Origin: Utricularia gibba
Lineage: Eukaryota; Plantae; Magnoliophyta
Direction: 5' to 3'
Assembly (NCBI GenBank): GCA_002189035.1
Contig: NEEC01000008.1
Coordinates: 806,001-870,000, forward strand
DNA length: 64,000 nt
A program made the translations under genes and the position numbers. Positions 11,750-29,879 of this stretch are shown here, in pieces (positions within the stretch are counted from its first letter, which is position 1; every line of letters begins with the position of its first letter). The notes beneath the pieces are model-generated. The model did not search any database. It worked only from the letters and a program-made list of their open reading frames with translations, and was not told the DNA's origin.

Positions 11750-14700
11750 CCATTAAACATGATGTTTTTATTCATATGATTGCTCTTATCTACGCATGGA
11801 TGAAGTAACAAGGTTACTCGAAAAACAAACTAGCATATTCATATAAGGAAAAAATTCCAAAGCAAGTTAAATACTTGAGGGGTCTTATTAGTGATCTGAA
11901 ATCAGCTTGTTTGGATGAATTAAAGCCTACAAAAGTGTATTTTTTAAGTTGTATAGTCTCCTATAAGAGAAAGCTAATTTGAAACCCACCAAGTATGTTG
12001 AAGTGTTAGAAATGGTTGCAATTTTTCTAGTTATGATAGCTAAATCAGAGGACAAAAACACTTTTTTCAGATATCAACATGGACAATGTGGAAGCATTTT
12101 TATATTGTGTTGATAACATCTTTCCCTATGGGATGAATTGAATATTAAGCCAAAATCGATAACCGATGTTGATCAAACATGATCAACATCAAGATTTAGA
12201 TTCTTTGAGGTTATAAGCTTTTATGTGCATTGAATTTTTTTTTACTTCAACACCATAATTACCTTTTTGTTTTATTTATGTCAAAATTGTCTTGGTGCAC
12301 TTGATGGATCACATTTTCTACCATGAGTGAAGCATTATTGGAAGCTGCAATTTAGGAACCAAAAGGGGCAATTGTCTACGAATGTGCTCGGAGTCTATGA
12401 TGATCAAATGAACTTCATACATATGTGTTTGAATGAGAGGGATCAGCTTTGGATAGTAGGGTACTACAATCAGCCCTTACTAAGAACTCAAAGTTCGACT
12501 AGGTGTGATTTGATTGATCTAGCTATATTCTATGTTTGTGCAATTTACTTTGTAATAAGAAAATATTTTTTTTATACATGTATAGGTTGTTACTATTTAT
12601 GTGACAATAGTTACACAAATTGCGAAGTCTTTTTAGCTTCCTATAGATATATATGTTTCCATTTGAAGGAGTGAGATATTGGTTCCCACCACAAAATACA
12701 AGGGAGTATTTCAATATACGATATTCATCTACAAGAAATATCATTGAACGAATATGGGGATTGATGAAAGTTCGATGGAGAATTCTTTAAGGTACAAGTT
12801 TTTATCCTATTCAAACATCAATCATAGCTTGTGTGTTGCTTCATAACTTTATTCGAAAGGAAATTAGGTCAAATCCATGGGAAAATGAGGTATCATAAGT
12901 GTTTCATAAAATGGATGCGGCCAAGGCAGAATTATGAAGATATTCGTAACACAAGTGGTATAGCTGCATGGAATGCTTGGCGAGATACAATGACTAACAC
13001 TATATAATATTTGGATTCACTCTTGTAGAGGTGGGTAGTATATCTATGAAAATCAAGTAGCAGTCCTCTAGTTGTTTTTTTAGTTAACACAAGTTGTTTT
13101 AGCTCGTAGAATGTAGTGTCCTGTTAAATTTGTAATGTCATGATGAATTTGTAATTGGTTAAGGATTTGACTTCATCTTTGTTTACCTATGTTTCCAATA
13201 TATTGATCAATTATTTTCAATAATAGTGTATTATAAAAATATAATTTTTAATGACATATGTATTAAAAATGGCATTAAAAAGATATACGAAATGTGTTAC
13301 TTGAGAATCCATGATCCCACATGCATGCTTAATGCTACTCAATTAGCATCACAAATAAATATAAGCAATATTTATTGCTAATATTGCTTAGTTTTCATCA
13401 TTTACCTTCATTAGTGTTGTTAATATGATTTCTATTGTGAATGATCAGATTCATCTCCTTCAAGCACAAGTTCAAGGATCATCATATTAGTAGGTGTTTC
13501 CACATATAGTATCATGCCAAACTTAGAGTTAATACCTCAAATCCTTCATTCTTATAAGAAGCATTGCTGCTAAATTGAATTATAATTTCAAATTTTGTCA
13601 CTAAATGTTGTTGCAATTAAAACAACAATTTCTTTATGATTGGTGCTACATATAAGAAATCATTACTCTTGCTATGTAAAATATAAGTTCTGATTTTCAA
13701 GAGTAAACCCAAAATAACAAAAAACAGTAGTGTTAAATCAAACAATACTACATTTCATTTCTTGCAATACTATCAACCATAATCTCCTGCTCTAAAATCG
13801 AACTATCTAAAAAATTGTCAAGGATAGCATCATCTCGAGTAGCTGACATTGTATTGCATTTCATATTCCAGATCCCACCCTCCTTTTTCTTCTCTTGCAG
13901 CTCCTTTTCCAAAGGAATTAGTTTGTCACCAAGGTCACGCATGGCAGCATTTGAATCTCTACATAGTTCCCTCAATTTAATTAGCAAATTCTCAATCTCA
14001 ATACCCGATAACCTTTTTTTCCCTTTAGTTCTTTCTGCCTCATCACTACTCTTTGAACCTATGTTGGCATTATTTCGTTTCCTCCCTCCATTTGCAGATG
14101 GTGTTTCATCATGAGCAGATTATTTATCATTGGCTTCGAATGATGAACTCAAAAAGGGTAGCAACAAGTTTATTGAATCTAATAACTCATCTTCGGTGGC
14201 TGGTGATGTTTCATACTTCATATTTGTTACATCAACTTTTTCTAGAAATGTTCCATTAGCTCTATCTTTTCCAAAAATATCAATCCAATCATCGTAATAA
14301 GGCCAACTCTTATTGCTTAACATGTTGTAAGAATGTTCATCATGTTACCCACATTATTGAGAACTATTACAAATAAATTAAATAAAGGTAGAACAGAAAA
14401 TTAACCAAAAAAATTTCACATATTATTAGCTTCATCTCAACTCACAATTCTAGTGTTGTATCTATAGTCTTGATAGTACAGTCAAAATTAGTTCCAAATT
14501 TGTTTAAAAAGTCAATGAGCATATTATAATCTCTCTTGAAAGTACCTATCTTGAAATGCATATGAGAATGAATTCTTTTTTCAATTCTAGAACATAGCTT
14601 CTTGAATGATTGTTGTAAAGCAGATAGATACTTTGGCTTCCATCCATTCCCAATGCCACTCATTAGCTACCAATTCTTTCAATGCAATTATAAACAATCT

Positions 14701-14800
14701 ATCTTCATGCACATTCTAATTATATCTAGGTCTAAGGCTCTCTCCATCCTTAGTACCTATTGATTTCTTCTTGGGTTTGATGGGTTTGTCTCTAATAGAG
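11750..14800. mobile_element. Decayed PIF/Harbinger transposon: transposase remnants on +, Myb/SANT-like ORF remnants on -
   Basis: + strand NCLGALDGSH, RNQKGQLSTNVLGV and EVFLASYRYI..HLKE fragments; - strand GNGWKPKYLSALQ and NKSWPYYDDWIDIFGKDRANG fragments; many stops; ends not resolved. Confidence 0.8.
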
Positions 14801-15279
14801 TTCGAGAGATTACAGTAAATATAACTAGTAAATTTCAATCAAATCAACAATAAAAAAAAGCAACACAATTTGCTTTTCATATAAATCAATCAAAAAACTT
14901 CAAAAACAATGAAGTCGATGAGATAGGAGTATTGAATCAATATTAGAAAGTAAAAATATAAATGGATCTTACATGGAAGTGTAGCACTAGAGAAGAACTC
15001 TAGAATCTTTGATGAATAAAATTGAAAGAATATGATAAATTATTGTATAAATTCTTTAAATAATAGTGAAGGTATTTTAGAAAATTTTCCATAAAATCAT
15101 CTATTTAACAATAATCTACTAAACACAAAATATTATAAACATTTGTATTTAGATACAATGTTATCAAATGCATATCCAATCTAAACAACAGATGTTCGTT
15201 TAACTAAACAATAATAATTTTAACGAACCACAAACTAAACAATGATACCAAACGGGAAGGATACTGTCATCACACTTTT

Positions 15280-17400
15280 AGAAAAACCAAGTTGCAAACG
15301 CCTTGTTTACCTTGATAAGGATCTCAAGGAGAGGAAGGTTATGTTCATTTATCAGTGTATAATTTATGAATTCAACATGATTGTTTAACACCATACCAAA
15401 TTTTAGTTCATTATCAAAAAAATGCCCTAGACCACAGACTCAGATTCACATCGCATAATATCTCTCATGTCTTAACATAGAACTCCTTCAATGTCTTCAT
15501 CAAACGATCGAAGTCCATCGTTAATTGTGACTTGCATCTTTCCAAATAACATTTGCTTTTGATTATGTGAACTTTATTGCATAGGCTATGTTTTCCATCA
15601 AATGATGAACATAGTGACTCGTCTGCAATTAAACAAAAAAAACCTCAATGATGTATCATACACACTTAATCTCACGTGTTATGATTGATAAAGAAATACT
15701 TGGGTTCATGGGAATGCATGTTGCAATATTGAGACGAAACCTGTTCCATGATCTGACATTATACAAAATGTGTTTTGATTGTTTTCTAAAATCTCAAAGT
15801 CCATTCCAAGTTTTTTGAGATCCAATTACACTTTCTTTCACTCCACAACAATGCATATGCAATGGGGAACACACCATTATTAGTCTTTTCAGAAATCTGG
15901 CTATCGTTTCCCCCTCACACAGTAAGTACATATTTTATCACATGAGGTGGCCAGATTTCTCACACAATGAGGATGCAGTGTCCAAATTTCTAAATAACCC
16001 CATCATTATTAGCATTTGGTGTGGTGACCAGAAGTAATTTCTCTTTCACTGATGTAACACGGGTTCCATTAATACAAATTAACCGATGACAACCCATTAG
16101 AAACACATCTTTTCTTGCTTGCACTACATGAAATAAAATTAGCATTGCTTGAAATATATAGGTATAGTATGTGTTCACCTTCGAATAGATATATATGCAT
16201 CTGAAATGATAGTTTTCATCTACGATCATGTCAACAGTGCTTTCCGGATTAATGTATTTGTATCCTTGTTCGAATCGTTTGTTCTGAGAGAAGTTAGAAA
16301 TAACATTTTGCTCTATAGTTTGACATGTTTGCTCTCTTGCACAATATATTTCATGGGTTGAACTCTTCTTCAATATCACCCTTTAATTCTACAATCTTTT
16401 TATTGAGTAAATTCATCAGTTTTAACTCATATTTAGTAGATAAAAAGAGGGCCTTCACAAGTGTATTTTCTGAGTTCCAAAGGCATCTCAATGAATACGG
16501 CACAATATTCTTGATGATCCAAGCATCATCATTACTTCTTTTGGAGACATTGACATACCAATCACATTACATGGTGTCATTATCCATGCATCTCATCCAA
16601 AGGTGATAATTGTCATCTTTAATGATTTTGAGGTAAAATCCATTATTTAATACATAGTTTGTAATAGCATTCTCTGCTTATAGCTTGCTTACAAATTGAA
16701 AGTTTTCCCTAAAATAATATATATTATTAATACAAAACATGTATAATAAGTTTATGAAAAAAAGAGACCCTCACTAGTCCATGTGTTCTAAGTTGTAGTA
16801 TCTCATTGTAAAAGTTTACTAAAATATGTGAATCAATAGAACAAACAATATTACTCTCATCAATGAATTCATGTTTTATTCCAATACTTCACATGGAAAT
16901 CTTATATTCTTCATCACTGCTGATTGTTAGGAAATCATCCAAGATGTAAGAATCACTGTCGCGTGTATTATAATATTTTAAGAAATCAAGTTTATTCAAA
17001 TAGATCAAAATAGATCATGTTTATGTAATTTCACACTTACAACTAATGTTTCTATTGTCATTCATTTTTCATAAATCGAACAAGTGTTAAAAGTGACTCA
17101 AATGTGCATTGCGCAATGTGATAAAGCATGATTGAGTGTTATTCTTGAGCATAGGCTTTTCGAGTGAGCTACAAATTTTCTAAGCATTTCTTACCAAGTG
17201 TGTTAATTGACCATATCTGTCGAATGTTTGAGTGTTTCAACCAAGTATGTTTTTCGTGCGTTTCTATGCAAGTTTTAGCGAAACATCTCACTTTTTGGGA
17301 ATTTCCAAGCATCTTGATCAAGTGTTACCAAGTGTTTCGTTTGGATCTGAATTTTATACTTAACATGGTGAATGTGAACATTTGAGGTGAATATTGTATA
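15280..17400 (-). mobile_element. Decayed MuDR/MULE transposase region
   Basis: ORF 15990-16379 ends FLMGCHRLICINGT...LLLVTTPNANNDG, resembling the MULE transposase GCRP.I.LDG..L...G.DANN motif; flanking frames are broken. Confidence 0.65.
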
Positions 17401-17599
17401 TATATAAATTCATTGTGGATTGATTTTGCTAGAACAATAAACAATGGATACTCTCTACACGCCTATTGGTGAAATAATGGGGATCATTTATGTTTGATTA
17501 ATCACTGAATACTATTTTTTTGGAGACTAAAGGTATCAAGTTTGAAAGTTATGGAGACTTATGTTCCCTGAAATTCAAGCATAAAGATCAATCTTTTGG

Positions 17600-22918
<5,319 letters not shown>

Positions 22919-23188
22919 CCTTGAGCAGCCACTCAGCATAGGCTCGTTTGTGATTTGTTATAATCGGGGCGCCCATTTTGTTGGTGGATCTAGGTCACCC
23001 GTTCGACCCACATAATAAATTTTCATTTGATTTATTTTATTAATTTTTGTAAGTATTAGATAATAAAATTATCAACAAAATCCATGTTTTGAAACTGGGT
23101 GTTAGAAGTGTGTTTTACAAAATTAATAAATTTATAAACGTTAATTATTTTTAATAACTTATAAAACCTCATTAATAGACTAATGAGC

Positions 23189-23232
23189 TGGGCCGATAGT
23201 AAACCTAAACTCGGACCGGTCCGGCTCGGCCC
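23189..23232. promoter_or_regulatory. Site II (TGGGCY/GGCCCA) elements upstream of NDUFB10
   Basis: TGGGCC near 23189 and GGCCCA near 23227; site II elements are TCP-binding motifs typical of nuclear-encoded mitochondrial and ribosomal genes. Confidence 0.5.
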
Positions 23233-23319
23233 ATTTTGGTATCTTTCAACAAAAACACGAATAGCTTGTTTTCTGTTTCGATTCGATCGGGAACTACAGA
23301 GTCATCTTCGGCCGCAAGA

Positions 23320-23725
23320 ATGGGTCGGAAGAAGAGCTACACCTTGCCGCACGATGGGCCGCCGGACAATTTTGATCCCGAGAATCCGTACAAGGATCCT
23401 GTGGCGATGCTCGAGATGAGAGAGTATTTGGTGCGGGAGAAGTGGATTGGTATCGAGAAAGCTAAGATTCTGAGGGAGAGAGTCAAGATGTGCTACCGCA
23501 TCGAGGGTGTCAACCACCTGCAAAAGTGCCGCGACCTTGTTCACCGTTATCTTGACGCCACTCGCGGCGTTGGATGGGGCAAGGATACTCGCCCCCCTGC
23601 TCTTCATGGTACCCACTGTTTTTTCTCCCGGCTTGATTGATTTCACCTGATTACCCTTTTTCCAGATAAATAAAACAAAATCGGTTCTTGTTTCAGGGCC
23701 CAAGGTAGAGGAATCTGCTGGTTGA
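23320..23725 (+). CDS. NDUFB10: Mitochondrial complex I subunit NDUFB10 (PDSW); exons 23320-23608, 23697-23725
   Basis: MGRKK..DNFDPENPYKDPVAMLEMREYLVREKWIGIEKAKILRERVKMCYRIEGVNHLQKCRDLV..YLDATRGVGWGKD. Confidence 0.95.
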
Positions 23726-25179
23726 CGCCTAATACGAGGTATGTTTCGCTGGGGGGGAGTCTGCTTTGCATCAATTTTCTTGAATTTTCATCCAAGAGAT
23801 TAAAGATAATTGCTTCTTTACATCCTAATTCATATCCAATATCTGCATCAGCTCAAGTGTAAGCTGAGACTCTTGAATTTGGTTTTTGATATTGGCCTTG
23901 TTCTGCAGTTAGCGAACTTCGTCCACTAGAAAAATCCGTTTGGAGAATGCTTGGCCTGTTCAATCAGGCGTTTATTTTGGTTTTAATCATGAATCCCAGA
24001 TGGCTATTGTATAGTCTCATCTGTGTCATGTTTAACTCAACCTGCTGTAACCTGTGCTCAACTGTGTTGCAAATAATATCATTCGCCGTGGAATGGTACT
24101 ATCCGGTTTCACTAATTTACCTTTTTATGGATTTCCTCGGAAAGTGTGGCTTGGTGGTTTGATAATTGGCCCCTGCATACGACACATAGATATGATACAG
24201 CTCGGTGAGGTGAAAAAATGCACATTTTGTCTCATAAGTGTTGATTCTCTTACAGCCTTGCCCCTGAAGCTGTTCTTGTACATTCGTGTAAGAAGCATCA
24301 TCTATGAGCAATAATGCACTGTGGCCTCCTTCCATTCTTCCTTGAAAGGCTGTAGTCGTAACTGATGGCAGCAGTGTTGCTGTTATCGTTACCATGGAAG
24401 GAAGCTTTTTAAAACTGTGTTGAAGCGCACTTCCAACTAATAGCTGTGTCCGTGCTTACATTTTTTATATCCTGTGATCTGATGATATCCATCATAACAT
24501 ATGAAATCCTATGACTAGCAAGCCATCAATTAATAGGTTTGCATTTAGTTGGAATGCATGCTTCAAAATTTTGTCGTTTGGTTTGTGGTTTTACATTTTG
24601 CCTCGTGGTTCCACCGCTGGGGTAACTTGATCTGGAATTTCAATTCCCCAAAGGAGTATTAGAATAAGAATCAAAGCTTGTTGCATAAGGTTTAAGGCGA
24701 AGGTAGGTCACACAGTCAATCCACAGATATCGGGAGTACATTTCTGTGTTCAATGTGTTAAATACCAGTTTTGTTGGGGTGCCTCGTCGGCCAAATCTTT
24801 TATTGTTTTCAAGCACAGAGAATGAATGGACAAAGTTTCTCACGGGACTGCTGTTCGTCCCTCAGACTCTGAAGAGCAGCAACATACTTGGAAAAGGCCT
24901 ACCTGACAGACAACTTGCGCTCAAGCAGCAGTAAACACTTCGTGGCCTTAGGTGAGCTTTCTTTTTTATGCGTGATGTAATTATAATACATATGTCTGCA
25001 TCAATGTTAAAGTTTTAAAATATATAGATATTTTTATCTAGTGAATTGATATAAAAACAATGACATATCTGCATATTAGACTATAAAAAAATATAAAATA
25101 TATAATTATAAAAAATATAAAATTATCTCATGTGCATGAAAATATAAATACATGTGGAGTTGTCAAAATCCATGAGAAT

Positions 25180-28100
25180 AAGGTATTAAGATATATTTGT
25201 AATTTTAATTTCTAAGATAGATGAGATTTTTAAAAAAAATTGTTAAATACATGAGATTTCATTTATATACTTAAAATTATGGAAAAATTAATATATTTAA
25301 TTATTATTTTTTAATAAATAAATAAAAATTTATCAACTATATATTATTTTCATAACGTTTTAAGATAATTGTATAAATATAATATATTTAAACTATTCAA
25401 TATATATCAAAAAATTATTTAATGCAAAATAAATTATCATTGCTATAATTTTTTTTAAATAGCTATATAAAAACGATATATTTAATTTATTTAATATAAA
25501 ACTAATCAAGCTATACATATATTTAAAAAGATTACATAAAAACCATCAATTTAAATTTAAAATAATTATAAAAATAATGTATTCATTTTACATGATTTGT
25601 AATCTTATTGCATTTATTTCAAAAAAGTTAATTTTATCATGTATTTTAAATCTCCAATAATTTCGTAATTTTAATTATTTATTTTATACAATTAAATCAC
25701 AAATTATATTGATTTTCATTATGATTTATCTGAAATTAAAAATAATTAATTTTCATTCATTTCGTAATGTGATATGCAATTTTATAGAATACTTATCATG
25801 ACAAACATAACATTCAATATTTAAGTAATTCTATCAAACAAATAAGTCAAATATCATATAACTCAAATGATAATTATTGAAATTAATGTATCAAATGGAA
25901 AAAAAAATGATTTACTGTTTGACTTAGATTTTTTGTATTTTGTTGTTGATATTGATGGTGAGTTATATGAGTTTAACAGTGATATTGATGTACAATGTCA
26001 TGTAATAAGGGTGTGTTTGGTTAGAGATATTGTTAGGTATGGGGTTTGATGATTATTAGTTATTTGAGAGTAATTGGTATGGAATGAAATATGATAATGA
26101 TATATTTACTAATGCATGCCTATATTAATTTGTGGTGTAGATGAGGATTATGGAAAAAGAGTTTGGGTTGAGGAAGAAAAAAACGCCTTGATCCTTGCTT
26201 TTAAATAGAGAATTGCAGATAAGTGGAAGTACGATAATTCATTTAAAGCTGAATATATTAATGTATTAGATGATATCTTGAAGAAAATGTTACCATGAGC
26301 TAACATTAAGGGTAACCCCCATATTTCTTCTAAGTATAAGGTTTGGAAAATAAACTTTGGAAAGATACATGACTTTGTTTCAAGATCTGGAAATAGTCTT
26401 GATTTAATCACACATAAGATTGATGCAACTAAGGAGCATTGAGATGAGTTGTTAAAGGTACAATTTAATTGATTTTCGATTTAACATTATGTATATTAAC
26501 TCATACAATTTTATTGTTTTTTTTTTCTTTTGTATAGCATGATAGGAAGACCTATATTGCTTTGAAAGATAAAGTTTTTCTTTACTATAACGATTAGCTT
26601 GAGATCTTCGTTAAAGATCATGCAAATGGAAATGGTACAATAGGAGCAACTGATGAAGGATTAGAGGATATTGCTGCCTCTTCGTATAAGATCAAAATGT
26701 GTGTTTAATTTCCTATAAGTTGCTATTTGACACCATTGGCTGTAGAATACTTGCAACTAAGCATTCAACCATTCTTCATACATTGCAACAGTAAGATTAT
26801 CACATAAAGCATTCCGAGCAGGGGTAGATTCAACCGTATCAATGTAATCTTGACCTTCTTCATTCACCTCTTGATAATCTTCCGGGACTTCGGCTTCTAT
26901 TGGATCGTGCTCCATTTCTCGACATATGAAATTATGGAGTAAGGCACATGCAATGATCACTCTCGTTTGCGTCTAGATAGCATAGAAGGATGGACTCCGT
27001 AGAATACCCCATCGCTTTTTCATTATTCCCCATACTCTCTCAATTACGTTTCTTGTCTTCTCATGTCGCATATTGTAATAGTCATTTTCATTTTATGATA
27101 CTTTCGTTCCAGACCCCCATTCCTTTAGATGGTAGTGACACCACAATACGGGGTTAGAAACCCCTCACAATTGGTATATCCACAATCACCTAAATAGTAA
27201 TAACCTACAAAAATAATCAACTTAGATAGTCATTCAAATTATCACATTTTTTCAAAAATTGCAACTTGTTTTATGTAAAATGACTGATGTTCATCATATA
27301 ATCTGAAATTTAATCAAGTTAACAAAAAAAAGAATAACTTGATCACATAAACATTCATAACTTAATAGAAAAACAAAGACAATCAACAAGTAAATAGAAT
27401 CTATAAGGTCAAATACACTATTCATGAAAAGCTACAACATAAAAAATGATACATACTCAAAATACTCATAAAAATAATCACATTACTTGTGCGAACATGA
27501 AAATCTGGATTCTAAGTAAGTGCATGACGTAGAACACGTCTATCCGCAACCAAACCTTCCTAACCGACAAGTATATATATAAAGTTCATTTTCTCGTTGC
27601 AAACCCCTAGAACATTGGTTAATATTCCACCTTTATAACTTCTATAAAGCTTCTTTTCAGACTCTTTAACCATAACATCTACAAACGTTCCATCTAAAGC
27701 CCCCCAAACAATTTTAAAATATTTGAAAGGAATTTCACCAATTATGGGTTCTGGTTTAACTAACAAAATATCATGTAATTTCAAAATACACTGAAGTACG
27801 GAGTTAACATATTTGCTAATGGTCTCAATAGACCTTTTAAAATCAAACTTAAGAACTCTCATTTTTTTGTGATGATTTAGGAAACCAAGGAAAATGGCTA
27901 CTTTTTCAGACACTGTAATATATTTCAATGATTTCAATCCACCACAAAGAGATAATAAAACACATAGATGCTTGAAAATATCTTCACTAATCCTAAGATT
28001 TTCAAGAGAAGCACCTCGACAATCACTAAATAAGTCTCTTAAATATGCAAATTGTCTAGGAATTCTTTCTTTCATAGAGTAGGTGATACAAGTTCTAGAA

Positions 28101-28990
28101 TTTTAACGCAGCTTCCTAACCCAAAACCAGAAAAATGCATACTCCATTTGTAACAAATTATTTGAATGAAACTTCAACATGAGCATTAAATTCAGTGAAA
28201 ACATTTGGATTCATGGATAGTATAATTAATCAAACCCTACGACAAAAAAAGACTTCCAATTATTGAATTTAGGCACTAACTTGAAAACATGAAAACAATA
28301 TCGATTTAACATATGCTAATTTCATTGAACATAGAATTCTAACATAAAAAATTGTGCGAATCCAGGGATATTGGGCTAATTTAACCAAATTTAAAAAAAA
28401 TAAACAACAAACCTGAGAGGAAATAAGGTAGAAAGATCGCACGCAACTTTTCCCCAAAAACCCAGCAAGAATCGATGCTTCAATTGGCCAACTTGGAAAT
28501 CTAGGTTTTTTTGGGATGCTTCAATTGGCCAACGAGAATCGATCCTTCAAGTATGAGAAGAAGGTATGCTTTATTTCAGTTTTTTTAATTAAATAGAAAT
28601 TATAAAAATAAGGGTAAAATTGTAAATACAATATAAGGTATTAGAAAGTTCAAAGTTTCAAGACTCCACATCCAAATCCTATACCTAAGAGATATTAAAG
28701 TATTTTTTAAAAAAACCTATGGAATAAGCATAATTGATACCAAACACAGGATTTGCAATCCAATACTTTCAAAATAACCCCAATACCCCATGCCAAACAC
28801 ACTCTAATAGGAATCATGATGCCATGTGCATATTGGTTCTTATGAAAGGATGAATGTTTATAAGAATGATTGGAAGACGAACTTTGAATTGAGATTGAAA
28901 GAATGTCGTCTCGTCTATCATCCTTGGAAGTGTCTATGGATTTTTGTTTTTATCGTGATCTGTGTTTACTAATTTATTGGTTTGATAATT
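25180..28990 (-). mobile_element. MULE copy A: 3' end of the 39.3-43.3 kb MULE family in reverse orientation, split by a Harbinger
   Basis: 25.5-26.0 kb and 28.81-28.97 kb align by eye to the reverse complement of about 42360-43000; outer boundary approximate. Confidence 0.8.
26009..28804. mobile_element. PIF/Harbinger element with both ends (about 2.8 kb); transposase on -, Myb/SANT-like ORF on +, both disrupted
   Basis: TIRs GGGTGTGTTTGG (26009) / CCAAACACACTC (28793-28804), TAA TSD at 26006-26008 and 28805-28807; transposase WGALDGTFV..GILTNVLGVC, YYYLGDCGY..RNVIERVWG..KKRWGIL; Myb-like RVWVEEE..SFKAEY..HISSKYKVWK. Confidence 0.93.
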
Positions 28991-29220
28991 AATAGAACAA
29001 CTATATCTAACGGTGCTATCACAACCTAATTTTTTTCTTTTTTCGCATATGAAATCTAAAATACAAGTGTTGTGGAAATCTAAAATGATGTATTATCTTA
29101 ATCACACTCATCGTGTAAAGGGTTAACAACTCTTGCAAAATTGTTAACCAAATACATAGTGCTATAATAAATTCTTGTCCTATGCAATGAACGCAGAATT
29201 AGTGATAAGCCAGTAAATTA

Positions 29221-29868
29221 TACCAACAGATGATTCTGAGTTGCTATTTATATTTGTAGAGAAAAACTTGTATCATCGCTAAGTAGAGGATTAAGAAACC
29301 TTACCAAATAGCATATCAGTACAAGAAGCCGCAATACAGTGGTTACGCCTACAAAAATATGAACTTAATCATCATCAAATTATCACAAACAGAAAGTAGA
29401 AAATGGAGAAGTAGGAAAGATTGATGCTGGAGGTTTGATGAAACTTATGATGCCATCCTATTAATAGGTGGGCTTTTTGTACTCAATTTTGGACCCGATC
29501 CATGATATCATTTTGGGCTACTGGGGTTTACTATATATTGGACGAGAATTGTGGTGGGATCAGTTCTCCTCTAGTGCTTTCAACCATGATATATGCCCAT
29601 TTACTCTATTTTCGTTAATGATATGTTTTTGGAGTTGTGGGTAAATTTATATTTGGGTTTCAAATTAATTTTGTTTATTGCTTGATTATCGATTTCAAAA
29701 AAATATTCCTAAAATCCACTATGATGCATAGATATATAATTGTCTAGAAATAAAAAATATATCATGAAATGAGACTTGTATCACCATCAAACCAACAAAA
29801 GCAATTCAAATGGGTGTTGTCTATAGTTGTTGTATTCTACTATTTACCTTATCTAATATTTTCATAAA
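29221..29868 (+). pseudogene. Decayed second copy of the PNM1-fragment / RPL36a-promoter / GT61-exon chimera
   Basis: 29222-29270 matches 34990-35039; about 29385-29710 matches 35232-35587; 29720-29868 matches the GT61 exon region 1412-1560; donor mutated (ATG ATAT at 29586) and stop in exon. Confidence 0.85.
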
Positions 29869-29879
29869 AACTATCATTT

